Assembly (NCBI GenBank): GCA_030324005.1
Contig: JARDVH010000073.1
Coordinates: 80,355,327-80,419,326, forward strand
Source: Negaprion brevirostris
Taxonomy: Eukaryota
Direction of reading: 5' to 3'
DNA: 64,000 nt
The position numbers and the translations under genes are program-made. Positions 37,898 to 49,624 of this stretch are shown piece after piece. The notes beneath the pieces were generated by a model. The model was not told the origin of the DNA, made no database searches, and worked only from the letters and a program-made list of their open reading frames with translations. Position 1 is the first letter of the stretch, and every line of letters begins with the position of its first letter.

Positions 37898-38327
37898 GAG
37901 CTGGATTTCCTTCTCCCTTACCGGTGGATTTGAAGGCAGGATGGCTTATAAAATACAGTGCATGGTCTTCCTGTCACCTCACCCATTCTTGAGACTGTTA
38001 GTGGCCATTTAAGAGCTTCATTCCACCTTGTCATTATTTTTCCCAAGGTTGGGGGATGCCAAACAGGTGGATCAACATCTTTAATTGCACATATTGCCAG
38101 GAAACATTTGGTGGAGGAACCTCTTTTGCCCATCAAAGGCACTCCCCAAGGTCACACTTCTCCTTTTCCCTCCCCTCCTGGTCTATCAAACGCAGACCCT
38201 CACCCCACTCGCCTGCTGCCAACTGTTAACAGCCAGGCAGCCATATTTCCCATAGGCAGGCAGCTACTGACATTTTAGTCATGGGTGGGATGGAGCAGAA
38301 ATCAAAGCACCCTTTAAAATCCAGCCT
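37898..38327. mobile_element. Harbinger-like MITE inserted in a CR1 3' end
   Basis: TIRs gagctggattt and aaatccagcct, with CAT on both sides (37895-37897 and 38328-38330). Confidence 0.72.
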
Positions 38328-38330
38328 CAT

Positions 38331-39230
38331 GTACCCACCTTTGCCCAATTACAGATATCTCTGTCAGATTTTAAGTTACTGATCTGGCATCAACTGCTTT
38401 TTGTGACAGAGAGTTCCAAACTTCTTCAATCCTTTGCATGATAAAGTGTTTCCTCATTTCAATCCTGAAGGGGCTGTCTCTATCCTGTAATCCTAAAGTC
38501 CTCTGCCAGTGAAAAACCCTGCCTTTGTTTTTATTTTTTAAAATTCCAGCAATAATCTCTCCACATTTGTATAATCTTTCTTCATAATTTGACCCTAGGG
38601 TCCAGGTATCACTCTACTAAATCTACGCTTCACTCCCTCCAAGGCCATAAGACATTCCTAAGCTGAGATGCCCAGAACTGAACAAAACCAGATATAATCT
38701 AACCAAGGTTTGTACAGCTGTTGCACAACTTCCATCCCTTTGTATTTCAGTCTTCAAAATAGAAGTCCTTTTCATCATACATTGACATGGACCTCTTTTT
38801 TTTTTGCTGTTTTACTGTTTCCAACTTTCCATTATTCAGGAAGTACTCTCCTTTTTCACATTCAAAATGGATGATCTCACAATTGCCTGCATTGAAATCC
38901 ATTTGCCAGTTTCATCCCTCCATTTAATCTAATATTGTCTCTTTGTAATGTTCAGCTTCATCAATATTGCTTACAAATGTTGCAGCCCATCTTTGCACCA
39001 AAGTTGGATATCTTACACTCTATCCCGCTATCTAAGTTGTTACTAAATACCATTAATAGTTGAGACACCAGTACAGATCTTGGTGGGATACTACTGGTCA
39101 CATCCTAACAATTTGAGTGCCTGATCATTATCTCTGCTCTCTGTTTTGCACCTCTCAACCAACCTCCTAATGAGGTCAATAATCTGCCCTCAATACCACA
39201 AGCTTCACTTGTTTCACTGCATCTTAATTT
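38331..39230 (-). mobile_element. Degenerate CR1 LINE; its tail continues at about 37845-37897
   Basis: Minus-strand FWASQL, FNAGNCEIIHF and VPPRSVLVSQLL remnants. Confidence 0.7.
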
Positions 39231-39604
39231 CTGAACCTAGCAAATCTGTTCCAATTTCTAGATTCATTCCTTCTATCTATTTCCTTTTAAGTGTCTTGAA
39301 CCTGCACATTCTCCAGTTTTATCAGCAGATTGTCTCTAACTTGTAGGAGGAATGGATTACAATTTTGATTTATCTTTATGCATTTGTATGTGTTACCTAT
39401 TTGGACTTTCATTTGTCTTTCATAAACCAACCCAATTAAAATCATATAACCACAGTCTAACCATCAGCATAAATGAATTGTTGGAGGACTATTTACTTTT
39501 CAGGCACTTCGAGTTCAAGAAGAAGCTTATTTCATATTCTATGTTGTACAGCTACAAGTGCAACTGCACTGCTAAATGCCATCATAAAAATTCACATCAA
39601 TAAT

Positions 39605-39900
39605 TCGTAGAATCCATAGGATCCCTATGTTGCAGCAGAAGGCTAATTGGCCCATGGAGTTTCATGAATTTTCTGAAAGAGCATCTTACCCTGGCCCTCC
39701 CTCTCCCCATAATCACAAGCATTTACCATGGCTAATCCATTACACCTGCACGTTTTTGGACTACGGGTGGACTCCGGAGTACCTGGAGGAAACCCACGCA
39801 GACACACGGAGAATATGCAAACTCCACAATGACAGCCAAGGCCAGAAATGAACTTGGGTCCCTGACACTGTGAGGCACCTGTGCTGGCCATCGTGCCACA
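39605..39900 (-). mobile_element. HE1-type V-SINE
   Basis: Reverse-complement V-domain ccggagtacctggaggaaacccacgcagacacacggagaa. Confidence 0.88.
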
Positions 39901-40039
39901 CAATAATATAATGCCAAATGACACCTAGCATGGATCAACAGAATATTGCCATTAACTATCATAACATGGTTTTCAATGTTACAAAAGCATACAAGTACAA
40001 TTCAGTTTTAACTTGTATGTTGAGGGCAGCACATGATGA

Positions 40040-40560
40040 GCCTCAGCATCAGGGACCCGCGTTGAATTCGAACCTCTGGTCACTATGNNNNNNNNNNNNN
40101 NNNNNNNNNNNNNNNNNNNNNNNNNNNNNNNNNNNNNNNNNNNNNNNNNNNNNNNNNNNNNNNNNNNNNNNNNNNNNNNNNNNNNNNGTTGAATTCGAAC
40201 CTCTGGTCACTATGGCATTTGCACTGCCTCAGCATCAGGGACCCACGTTGAATTCGAACCTCTGGTCACAATGGCATTTGCACTGCCTCAGCATCAGGGA
40301 CCTGCGTTGAATTCCAACCTCTGGTCACTATGGCATTTGCACTTTCTCTCCGTGTCTGCGTGGGTTTCCTTCGGGTGCTCTGGTTCCCTTCCACAGTCTA
40401 AAGATGTGCGAGTTAGGTTGATTGGCCATTCTAAATTCACCCTAGTATCGGGGGATTAGAGGATAAATGAGGGTTACGGGAATCAGACCTGGGTGGGATT
40501 GTGGTCGGTACAGACTCGATGGGCCAAATGTCACCTTCCTGTACTATAGGGATTCTGTAT
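40040..40560 (+). repeat. V-SINE whose head is amplified as a 59-bp tandem array (at least 4 units, interrupted by a gap)
   Basis: gttgaattc(g/c)aacctctggtcac recurs at 40061, 40188, 40247 and 40306, then runs into a normal SINE body and tail. Confidence 0.85.
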
Positions 40561-41349
40561 GCAAAATATTGCTGGTTTGTATTCACTGTAAACTTGATAT
40601 TGCATGTATAAAGACATTCATGCACTTGTATGCTACTGCATTGTACTGGTCACTACAAATTCCATTTCACAACTTGTTTGAATGAATCAGCTGTGGAATC
40701 ATACCTCAGAAATTGTAACCATCAAGTTACATTCTCCACATGTGATTTCTCATTTTTTCACTTTCATCTCTGGCAATATTGTTACTGATACTACTGAAGG
40801 AATTTAATACACACGAGCTGCAGAACTAGTGAAAATAAATCCCTTTTTATGTCAGTAATGGTGTCTGCTCATCATTCTTGTTAAAAGGCTTATGTTGTCT
40901 CTGTCATTCAAGTAATGTGTTCAACAACTGTACAGTTTGCCACAAACATGTTCATTTCAGCCCTGACAACTGACCTCCTTGATAACTATCTCTAACCAGT
41001 CTATTTTCTAGTTTTGTCAACTGACCCTCTTGCTGCTGATTTTCTTTAAACCTCGGTGCTCTTCAGGTCTAACCACCAAACCAACTTCTTGCTGACAACG
41101 ATTAGTGTGATTTTCTTTATTCACAGGATGTGAGCGTCACTATCAAGAGGGGCATTTATTATCCATCTCTAATTGCTCTTAAGAAGGTGCTGGTGAACTG
41201 CCTTCTTGAACTACTGCTGTCTGTGTGATGAAGTTGTTTGGTAATGGCGATGAAGGAATGATGGTATATTTCCAAGTCAGTGCTGTGTGACATGAAGACG
41301 TGTTCCTATGTGCCTTCTGCCATTGTTCTTCTTGGTGGTAGTGGGCTTG

Positions 41350-42100
41350 TATTGTACCTTTAATGTAGAAAAACACTCCAAGATACTTCACAGGATTGTC
41401 GTAAGATATTATTTATTGTTATTGACCTACAAAAAACCTATCATGGCTGGTAACTAAAGCCTTGATACAATTTCAGAATGGAATTAAAGGAGGTGGAGAG
41501 ATAAAGGAGTTTATAGAGTGAATTTCAGAACTTGCAACCTAAATGATTAAAGGCCCAGTTATAGTTGGTGGGGCAGAAAGAGAAAGATACAGAATGGGAT
41601 AGTTGGAGGAATCCATGAATTCAAGCAGGGCTAGAGGATGTTATAGGACGGGGTGTGACTATGATGGGATTTGAACAAAAGGATGCGGTTTAAAATTGAG
41701 GCATTTGCGGCCCAAGATTCACTGTAGGTCAGTGTGTAACATTACTGTGATGGCTGAGTGGTGGTGATAATATGGGAGCACAAATTTGGATTACCTCAGA
41801 TCTGTAGAAGGTAGAAGATAGAAGCTGGCCAGGATGACGTTGGAACAGTCATTGCTGGCGTTTTCAGCAGCAGTGGGCTAAGGCAGGGAAGCAGATGGGT
41901 GATGTGATGTCATGTCGATAAATGGTTTGGATGCTTAGGTCCAGTATGATGCTGAGGTTGCAAACAGTCTGGTTCAGTGGTTAAGATAAGTGATCTTATC
42001 CATAAGGGCATTAAGCCTGGGACATTGGCAGGAGAATAGGAAGGTGAAGGAATGGGGAGCAGTAGTAATGGACAAAGTACGTAAGGGGAGCAATGAAAAC
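41350..42100 (-). mobile_element. Degenerate L2 LINE 3' region
   Basis: Starts with the L2/SINE-type tail ccaagatacttcacagga and has a purine-rich body. A similar piece lies at about 43465-43960. Confidence 0.5.
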
Positions 42101-42102
42101 CA

Positions 42103-42317
42103 GCCTTCCATCCCTTGACTCTGCCTACACTTCCCACTGCTTTAGCAAAGCAGCTAGCATAACTAAGGACCTCACGCACCCAGATATTCTCATTCTCACC
42201 TTCTTCCTTTGGGAAAAAGATATAAAAGTCTGAGGTTATGTACCAACCGACTCAAGAACAGCTTCTTCCCTGCTGCCATCAGACTTTTGAATGGACCTAC
42301 CTTGCATTAAGTTGATC
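42103..42317 (+). mobile_element. Rex1/Babar 3' fragment
   Basis: Matches 15375-15590 (accgactcaagaacagcttcttccctgctgc). Confidence 0.85.
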
Positions 42318-44639
42318 NNNNNNNNNNNNNNNNNNNNNNNNNNNNNNNNNNNNNNNNNNNNNNNNNNNNNNNNNNNNNNNNNNNNNNNNNNNNNNNNNNN
42401 NNNNNNNNNNNNNNNNNNNNNNNNNNNNNNNNNNNNNNNNNNNNNNNNNNNNNNNNNNNNNNNNNNNNNNNNNNNNNNNNNNNNNNNNNNNNNNNNNNNN
42501 NNNNNNNNNNNNNNNNNNNNNNNNNNNNNGGGAAAAGGATATCTTAAATTAGGGTATGGAACAGCAATCAAAAAAGCCCATGAACAGATACATGGGAAAT
42601 TCAATTTGCATAGGTATGGCAAAAATTAGAATAGATATGTCCTGGTTATAAAATGGAGACTAGAAAGGAGACGGTGGAAAGTTAAAATTCAAGTTAGAAT
42701 GAAGGTGATTTGCAAGTAGGATGGATTTAGGTAGGAGCATCAATGAACAAATTTTCCAGGTTTAGAGACAGCTCTAGAGACGAATGAATCCAGGAGTGAC
42801 AGAATATCATTGGACACACTGCTTGAGGCTTTCCTATGAAACATGGAGGCTGGGGAGTTTGGAAAATTAACGAGAAACCAGCATTTAAGTTGCTCCAGGT
42901 GACCAACAGAGGCAAGCTGTGGCTTTGATGATTAGCAGTGTACCCAATGGATCAAGTATGCCAGCAGAGAGAGCAACTGAGTCACTGAAAAATGGGAAGC
43001 AATGTACAAAGAGCAGAGGAGTGGTCATTTGGCAAGTTTGAAAATGCAATATTAAATGAAAGAAGGAGTGTTATAGAAAAACTAAATTAGAAACCAAACA
43101 ACTTAGAGTTGAATGTTTTGACACTTTTTTAAATGACAAAGTGTGGTTAGTTATATTGTTTCTACTTCTATGTCTGTTTTGAAGAGTGTCAATCATGTGC
43201 TTTTCTTTGGCTCAAAAATATAGAAACAAAATTTCTTAATGTATTAAACAAGTTGTATTTACAAAGAGCATTTAATAGAACATAGAACAGTACAGCACAG
43301 GAACAGGGCCTTAGGACGAACATGATGCCAAATTAAACTGACCCCTTCAGCCTGCCCTTGGTCCATATCTCTCTATTCCTTATATATTCATGGGCTTATC
43401 TAAAAGTCCTTTAAATGCCCCTATCACTTCTGACTCCACCACCACCCCAGGCAGTAACTTAAAGTAATAAAATATCCCTAGGTGCTTTAGGCAAGACTTG
43501 GGAAGATGACAAAAGGCTTGATCGAAGAGGTAAGCTATAATGAGCATCTTAAAGATGGAAAGACAGGCAGAGACGGTTAAGGAGGGACTTCCCAATCTTA
43601 AGTTCTTNNNNNNNNNNNNNNNNNNNNNNNNNNNNNNNNNNNNNNNNNNNNNNNNNNNNNNNNNNNNNNNNNNNNNNNNNNNNNNNNNNNNNNNNNNNNN
43701 NNNNNNNAGTTCTTGGGATCTGAAGACCTCGCCATCAGCATTGAAGCAATTAAAATCAGAATGCTCATTAATCCAAAATTAAAGGAGTACAGAATCGCAT
43801 CAGGTGATTATACAGACAGAGAGGGCTGAGGCCATGGAGGGATTTAAAAGCTAAAATGAGAATTTTAACATTTACTAGTGATAATAAAGGCACAGGTGGG
43901 GATTTCAGCAACGGATGAACTGAGGTGTTAGTGACATTAGGTGATGTTATGGAGGTGGAAATAGGAAAAGGCCTCTGTGTTCTGAAAGATAGTGTATGCA
44001 CTTCACTGTACAGCAGCATAAGTGATTCAGTTGGTTTCAAGAATGAGTTGCATCACTGTAGCAGATTAAATTTTATGGAATAAGTCTGTTGCTGGACTTC
44101 CCACATTTCTTTGACCATGTGTTCCTGGAGTGAAAGAATCCTGCCTTCTTTCTACATTGATGCGTTTGTATGTAAACACTGACTTAGATTTTAGTTAATT
44201 AAGAAAGGTAACTTTGGGAAAGAAGCTGGTTTGGAACTTTAAAACCCCCTTGCTTCTACATGTTATTAATTCCTAATNNNNNTTCCGTTTGTTGTTTAAG
44301 TTATACATTGTTTTCATGGAAGAAAGTAAGTTTAAAAAATAAGTCATTTCATAGCCAATATTCACTCATCTACCTGAATCTTTGAGCAGAACTACTAGCA
44401 AATCTGGTCAATAGGTCACCGACATAATTTTAATGAATTTGATGAACCGATCTAAAGAGGAAATCCATTGCACTGGAAGCATCATTGCAGTCTTCAATAA
44501 AATAATTCAGTATCAACCTTATTGCACTACTCTTTTTGAAAACAGCAAGTATCATAAAACAAAGTCTTAAATTTATTTCTGTTCAATCAGTTAATTGTCC
44601 AATAGATAGAGGTGTGACATAGTATCTCAGCCCCATGGA

Positions 44640-47600
44640 TTGCACATTCTGTTCTTTGTGGGGACTCTAGGATTGGACAGCCACATGTGTTGAAAGTGTC
44701 AACTGAAACAGTTCATGCTTCAAGTTTCAGTGCTGGAGTGGCAGCCGGTGTCACAATGGATCATTGTGCAGCTGAGAGCTACTTGGATAGCACATTTGTG
44801 GATGTGGTCACCCAGTAGCTTAAGGTTATGCAAGCAGAAAGGAAAGCATGGACAGTCAAGGAGGACAAGGCAAATAAGTAGAGCACAGCTCCCCTTAGTT
44901 CTGAATACTGATATGAGCTATAGTTTCTTGAAAGAGTGCAGCTAGAGCCAAGCCCATATCAGAATGTGTTGGGAGAATAAACGTCAGTGATGGTCCAAAT
45001 TATATTTACTGTGCATGTATGTGAACATGCAGAGTGTGGTAAATAGGGTTGGTGAGCATGAGCAGGCACAGATAGCCAAGTAGAAATATGATATAATGGC
45101 TGTAACAGCCCTGGCTCAAAGAAGGACAGAATACAGTACTGAGATTCTTGGATACAAGGTGCTCAGAAAAGCTGTACAGGGAGGCAGGAAGACAATTGGA
45201 AATGTAACAGTGATGGGGGGTTCTGTAGCTAGAGAGCAATGAGTATCTGTGACTACAGATGTGAATCCAGGATCAAAGATGTACTGATCAAAGATGTTAC
45301 CGAGCTGCTACATAGCATCCTTAGGAGGGTGGGTAAACAGGCAGGTGTTATTAGCCATATCAGTTTTAACAAGTCAGGACAAAAGAGGGGTAACATTCTG
45401 AAGGCAGAGTTTAGGGACTTAGTTAAGAAATTAGCAAAGAGGGTTTCAAAGGTAGTAATCTCCAGATTTCTCCTTTTGCCATACGTGAGAATAGTAATAG
45501 GAGGATAGAATAGATCAGTACATGCCTGGAGAGATGGTGCAAGAGAGAGGGCTTTAGATTGGGACATTGGCTCTGCGCCTGATGGAGATGGGACCTGATG
45601 GGTAGCATATGTACACAACCAGGAGCCATGCTCTTTTGGATGGCTTGCTAGTGCTATTGTGAAGGGTTTAAACTATCTTAGCTGTTTGGAAATATGAGTT
45701 AAATTTGAGAGGAGAAACAAGGTGCATAAAGAATTGGGAGAGTCAAATAGCAGTGGAATAAAAAATAGTAAGCCATTAAGTACAGCAGAGTAAAAGAATG
45801 CAATAAAGCCTAATTTATGTTTCAAAAACAAGATGCTAGAGAAGGTCAGCTGGCCTGGCAGAATATATGGAGAGTTAAGGTTTTGAGTCTGCATGACTCT
45901 TTGGAGCTGAATTGGAGATTGATGGAACTAGATAAGGTTGCAACAGAGATGTGTAGGTCAGGAGGCAGAGCAAGTGTTCATGGCAGGAGAAGGTGCCAGC
46001 AATTGCATAAAGATATCAGAATGTGTTGATGGGACAATAAATGTCAGTAAAGATCCAAATTATGTTTATTTTGCATGTATGTGAACATACATGCAGAGTG
46101 TGGTAAATAGGGTGGTGAGCATGAAGGGGCACAGATAGCCAAGTAAAAATATGATGTAATTACAATAACAGAGCTCTGACTCAAAGAACAAAACACAATA
46201 CGAAGATTCCTGGATACAAGGTGCTCAGGAAAGATAGGGTGGGAAAGAAAAGAGGAAGGATATTGATTAAGGATAATATTACAGTGCTGGAGCGAAAGCA
46301 TGCCCTCAAGAAGTCAAGTGTAGAATCTATTTAGCTAAAGATAAGAAATGACGGTGGTATTATTACAATACTGGATGTGTTCTACATGCTATTAGCTTGT
46401 GGGAAGAATATAGAGGAACAAATTTGCAAGCAAGTTACAGATAGGTGCAAAAACTATAGAGCAGTGACTATACTGAAATTTTGCTATTCCGGTCTAGATT
46501 ATGAGAATTATAGTGTAAAGGACAGGGGGGGCGAGGGGGAGAATTCCTTGAGTGTTCAGCAGGTCAGTAAGTTTTCAATTCCATGAGGACGAGGCAGCTG
46601 GGGAATGAGGTGAGTCGATGTCAGTAGGAGAAGGTTAAGGAGATAACAATCATTGTACCATAAGGTTTAGGTTAGTATGGAAAAGGACAAGGAGCCATCC
46701 AGTGTGAAAATCATTAATAGAGGGGTGGTGTGATCAACTTTAGTGGGGTAAGAAATGATTTGTCTCAGGTAAATTGGATTGAAAGGTTAGTAGTTAAAAC
46801 TAATTGAATACTGACCTTTAAAGAGAAGATTATTTGGGTATATTTCCATAAGAAAAAAAAACAAAGCCAGAGCTCCCTGGATAATGAAAAAAATGGGGAG
46901 TAAGATGAATCAGAAAAAGGGAGCTTATGACATATCAGGTTGATCATATAAGCATATCAGAACTAGGAGCAGGAATAGGCAGTTCAACCCCTCAAGCCTG
47001 CTCTGCCTGTTCTATATGATCATCATTGATCTTATCTCAATCTCAACCCAACTTTCCTGTTTGTTTTCCATAACTCCTCAACTCATTAATAATTAAAAAT
47101 CTGTCTAGCTGTCAAATTTACTCATTGTCCTGGCAAACACCATACTCTGGGGTGAAATAATTCTGAAAATTGAAAGTTCAGAAAAGTAATGAAGGAAATC
47201 AGAGAATCAAAAAGAGAGCGTAAGAACAGACTGGTGGCTAATGTAAAAGCAAATCCAAAAATTTTCTGTGGATAATTAGTTAGGAAAGTGGTGGTTAAAG
47301 GAAGACTCGGGCCATTTAGGGACCAGAAAGAGAATTTAGGCATGGAGACAGAGGGCATGGCTGAGAAACTAAATAAGTACTTTACGTCTGTCTTGCTAAG
47401 GCAGAAGATGCTGCCAAAGTCATAGCAGAAGAAGTAGCTGAGACACAGGTAAGGCTAAAAATTGATAATGTGGTGGTTTAAAAGGCTGAGTGTACTTAAA
47501 ATTGATAAGTCACCAGGACTGAATCAAAGGTACTGAGGGAAGTAAGGGAAATCTTCCAATCCTCCTTGCGTATAGGAGTTATACCCTTGTTCGAAAAAGA

Positions 47601-48900
47601 GTGAAAGGATAGGGCCAGCAACCACAGGTCTGTCAATTTAATTTAAGCGATAGAAAAGCTTTTAGAAATGGTAATCCTGACTAAAATTACAGATACTTGC
47701 ATAAGTACGGATTAGTTATGGAATCCAGAACTTATACATTAAAAGATATATTGTGTTCAATTCATGTGATAGAAGAAGAGTTGATGAGGTTAATGCGGTT
47801 GATGTGAAGTACGTGAACTTCCAAAAGGTGTTAGGTAAAGTGCCACAAAGGAGGTTTGTCTGCAAAGTTTTAGGCCATGGAATAAGAGGAACCATGGCAT
47901 CATGTACACGAAACTTGTTGAATGTCAGGAAACAGAGAGACGGTAAACAGTTCTTTTGTCTGGAGGAAGGTATTAGAACTCCTTATTTCCTTAATTAATG
48001 ATTTAGACATGGTTGTGCAGAGCACAAATTCAAATTTGCAGATGACACAAAAGTTGGGAGTATTGTGAACTGTGAGGAAGATAGAGAGAAAGACTTCAAG
48101 AGGACACATGCTGGTGGAATGGGCAGATATATTGCAGGTGAAATGGATGGAAAAAAGTATGTACATATTTGAATAGTAAGAACAAGGCAATATAAAATAA
48201 AGAATAGAGTTCTAAAGAGGATGTAGGGGCAGAGGGACCTGACAGTATATACATGTTTGTTGAAGGTGCCAAGGCAGGTGGAAAACGTGGTTGATAGGAC
48301 ATACGGGATCCCAGACTTTGAGGAGAGGTATAATTTACTACAGCAAGGAGATTATAGTGAACATTTATGAAACATTGGATCACCGTCAATTGAAGTATTG
48401 TGTCCAGTTCTGGGCAGTGCACTTTAGGAAGGATGTAAATGCAGTACAGGCTGTAGAAAAGATTTACAGGAATGGTTTTAGGATGAAGGACTTCAGTCAG
48501 AAGGATTGACTGGAGAAGCAGATGTTGTTCTTAGAAAAAAGAAGGTTGAGTGAAGGTCTGATCGAGGTGTGAAAAATTATTAGGGTTTTGGAGAGAGTAG
48601 ATAAGGAAGAACTATTCCCATTGGCAGAATGATTGAGAACCAGAGGACATCAATTTGGATGACTGTCAAAAGCAACATGAGGAAAACGTTTTTGTTGCAG
48701 TAAGTGGTTAAGATCTGGAATGCAAGCCTGAAAATGTGGCAAAGGCACTTTCAATCATGGACTTCAGAAGGGAATTAGATGTTTATCTGAAGAGAATAAT
48801 TTGCATGGTGAGAAGTAGCAGTAGTTGAACTGCTTTAGTAGAGAACAGGCACAGATACAGCAGGTTAAATGTCCTTGTATACCATAACCATTCTATGATT
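44640..48900 (+). mobile_element. Near full-length degenerate CR1 LINE (esterase-type ORF1 plus ORF2), with an internal duplication and a nested opposite-strand CR1 tail at about 46950-47160
   Basis: ORF 45239..45508 is esterase-like ORF1. The endonuclease starts at about 46075. Also VDVKYVNFQKVLGKVP, KFADDTK at about 48030 and LKYCVQFWAVHFRKDV. Tail ccataaccattctatgattc. Confidence 0.85.
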
Positions 48901-49624
48901 CCAAGTAAGTAAACTTTTATCAAATTACAATTAACTTAGAGAAAATGCTCAATGTTGTTTGAGTTTTCCTCTTAATGTTCACTCAGACATTTTAAGGCAT
49001 ACAAGTAGATTCTCTTATGAGCTGATAAATAAATAGTTCCTAATCGAAGTAGCCTAGTTTTTGGAGAAAATATCAGATGCTCACCAAATTGTATCATCAA
49101 AGATGAAAAATATAAAATTGCCAGAAAAAAAATGTATGATTTGACACAGCAGGATACTAAAACAACATAATGTTATTGAATTACAAGGATTCATAGGTTT
49201 TGTCCGAAAATTATTTCCTATGATTTTTAACAAACGTCTGATCTTTGGGTGATTGGTCTCTTTTGTACACCTTCAAAACATTGTGTATGAATGATACATT
49301 TCAGTTTACCAACAGTATGTTGCTCTTAATTCAGAACCGAAAATTAATAGCTACAATTGAGCTGTAATGTAACTAACGTTCACTGCTCTGAAGATTTATA
49401 CTAGCCTACTTTGCTATCATTTCTGGGACACAAAAATGTGCACTTGTACATTTGGGCATTTCTTATCCACCTGCACTTTTGGTGCTGTCAATGCAGCCTC
49501 CGATGAGAGTTGTGATTCACCTTGGCCCCACAATCCTCCTGCCCCTTGTCCGACCTTTGTTGCCGTTGCTGATGTAAACCTCCGATGAATATAGCATCCC
49601 GCTTGGATTCACCTTGGCTGCCTA

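Noticed and set aside
40040-40345. CRISPR-like array
   Set aside because: The units are contiguous with no unique spacers, derive from a SINE, and lie in a vertebrate genome.
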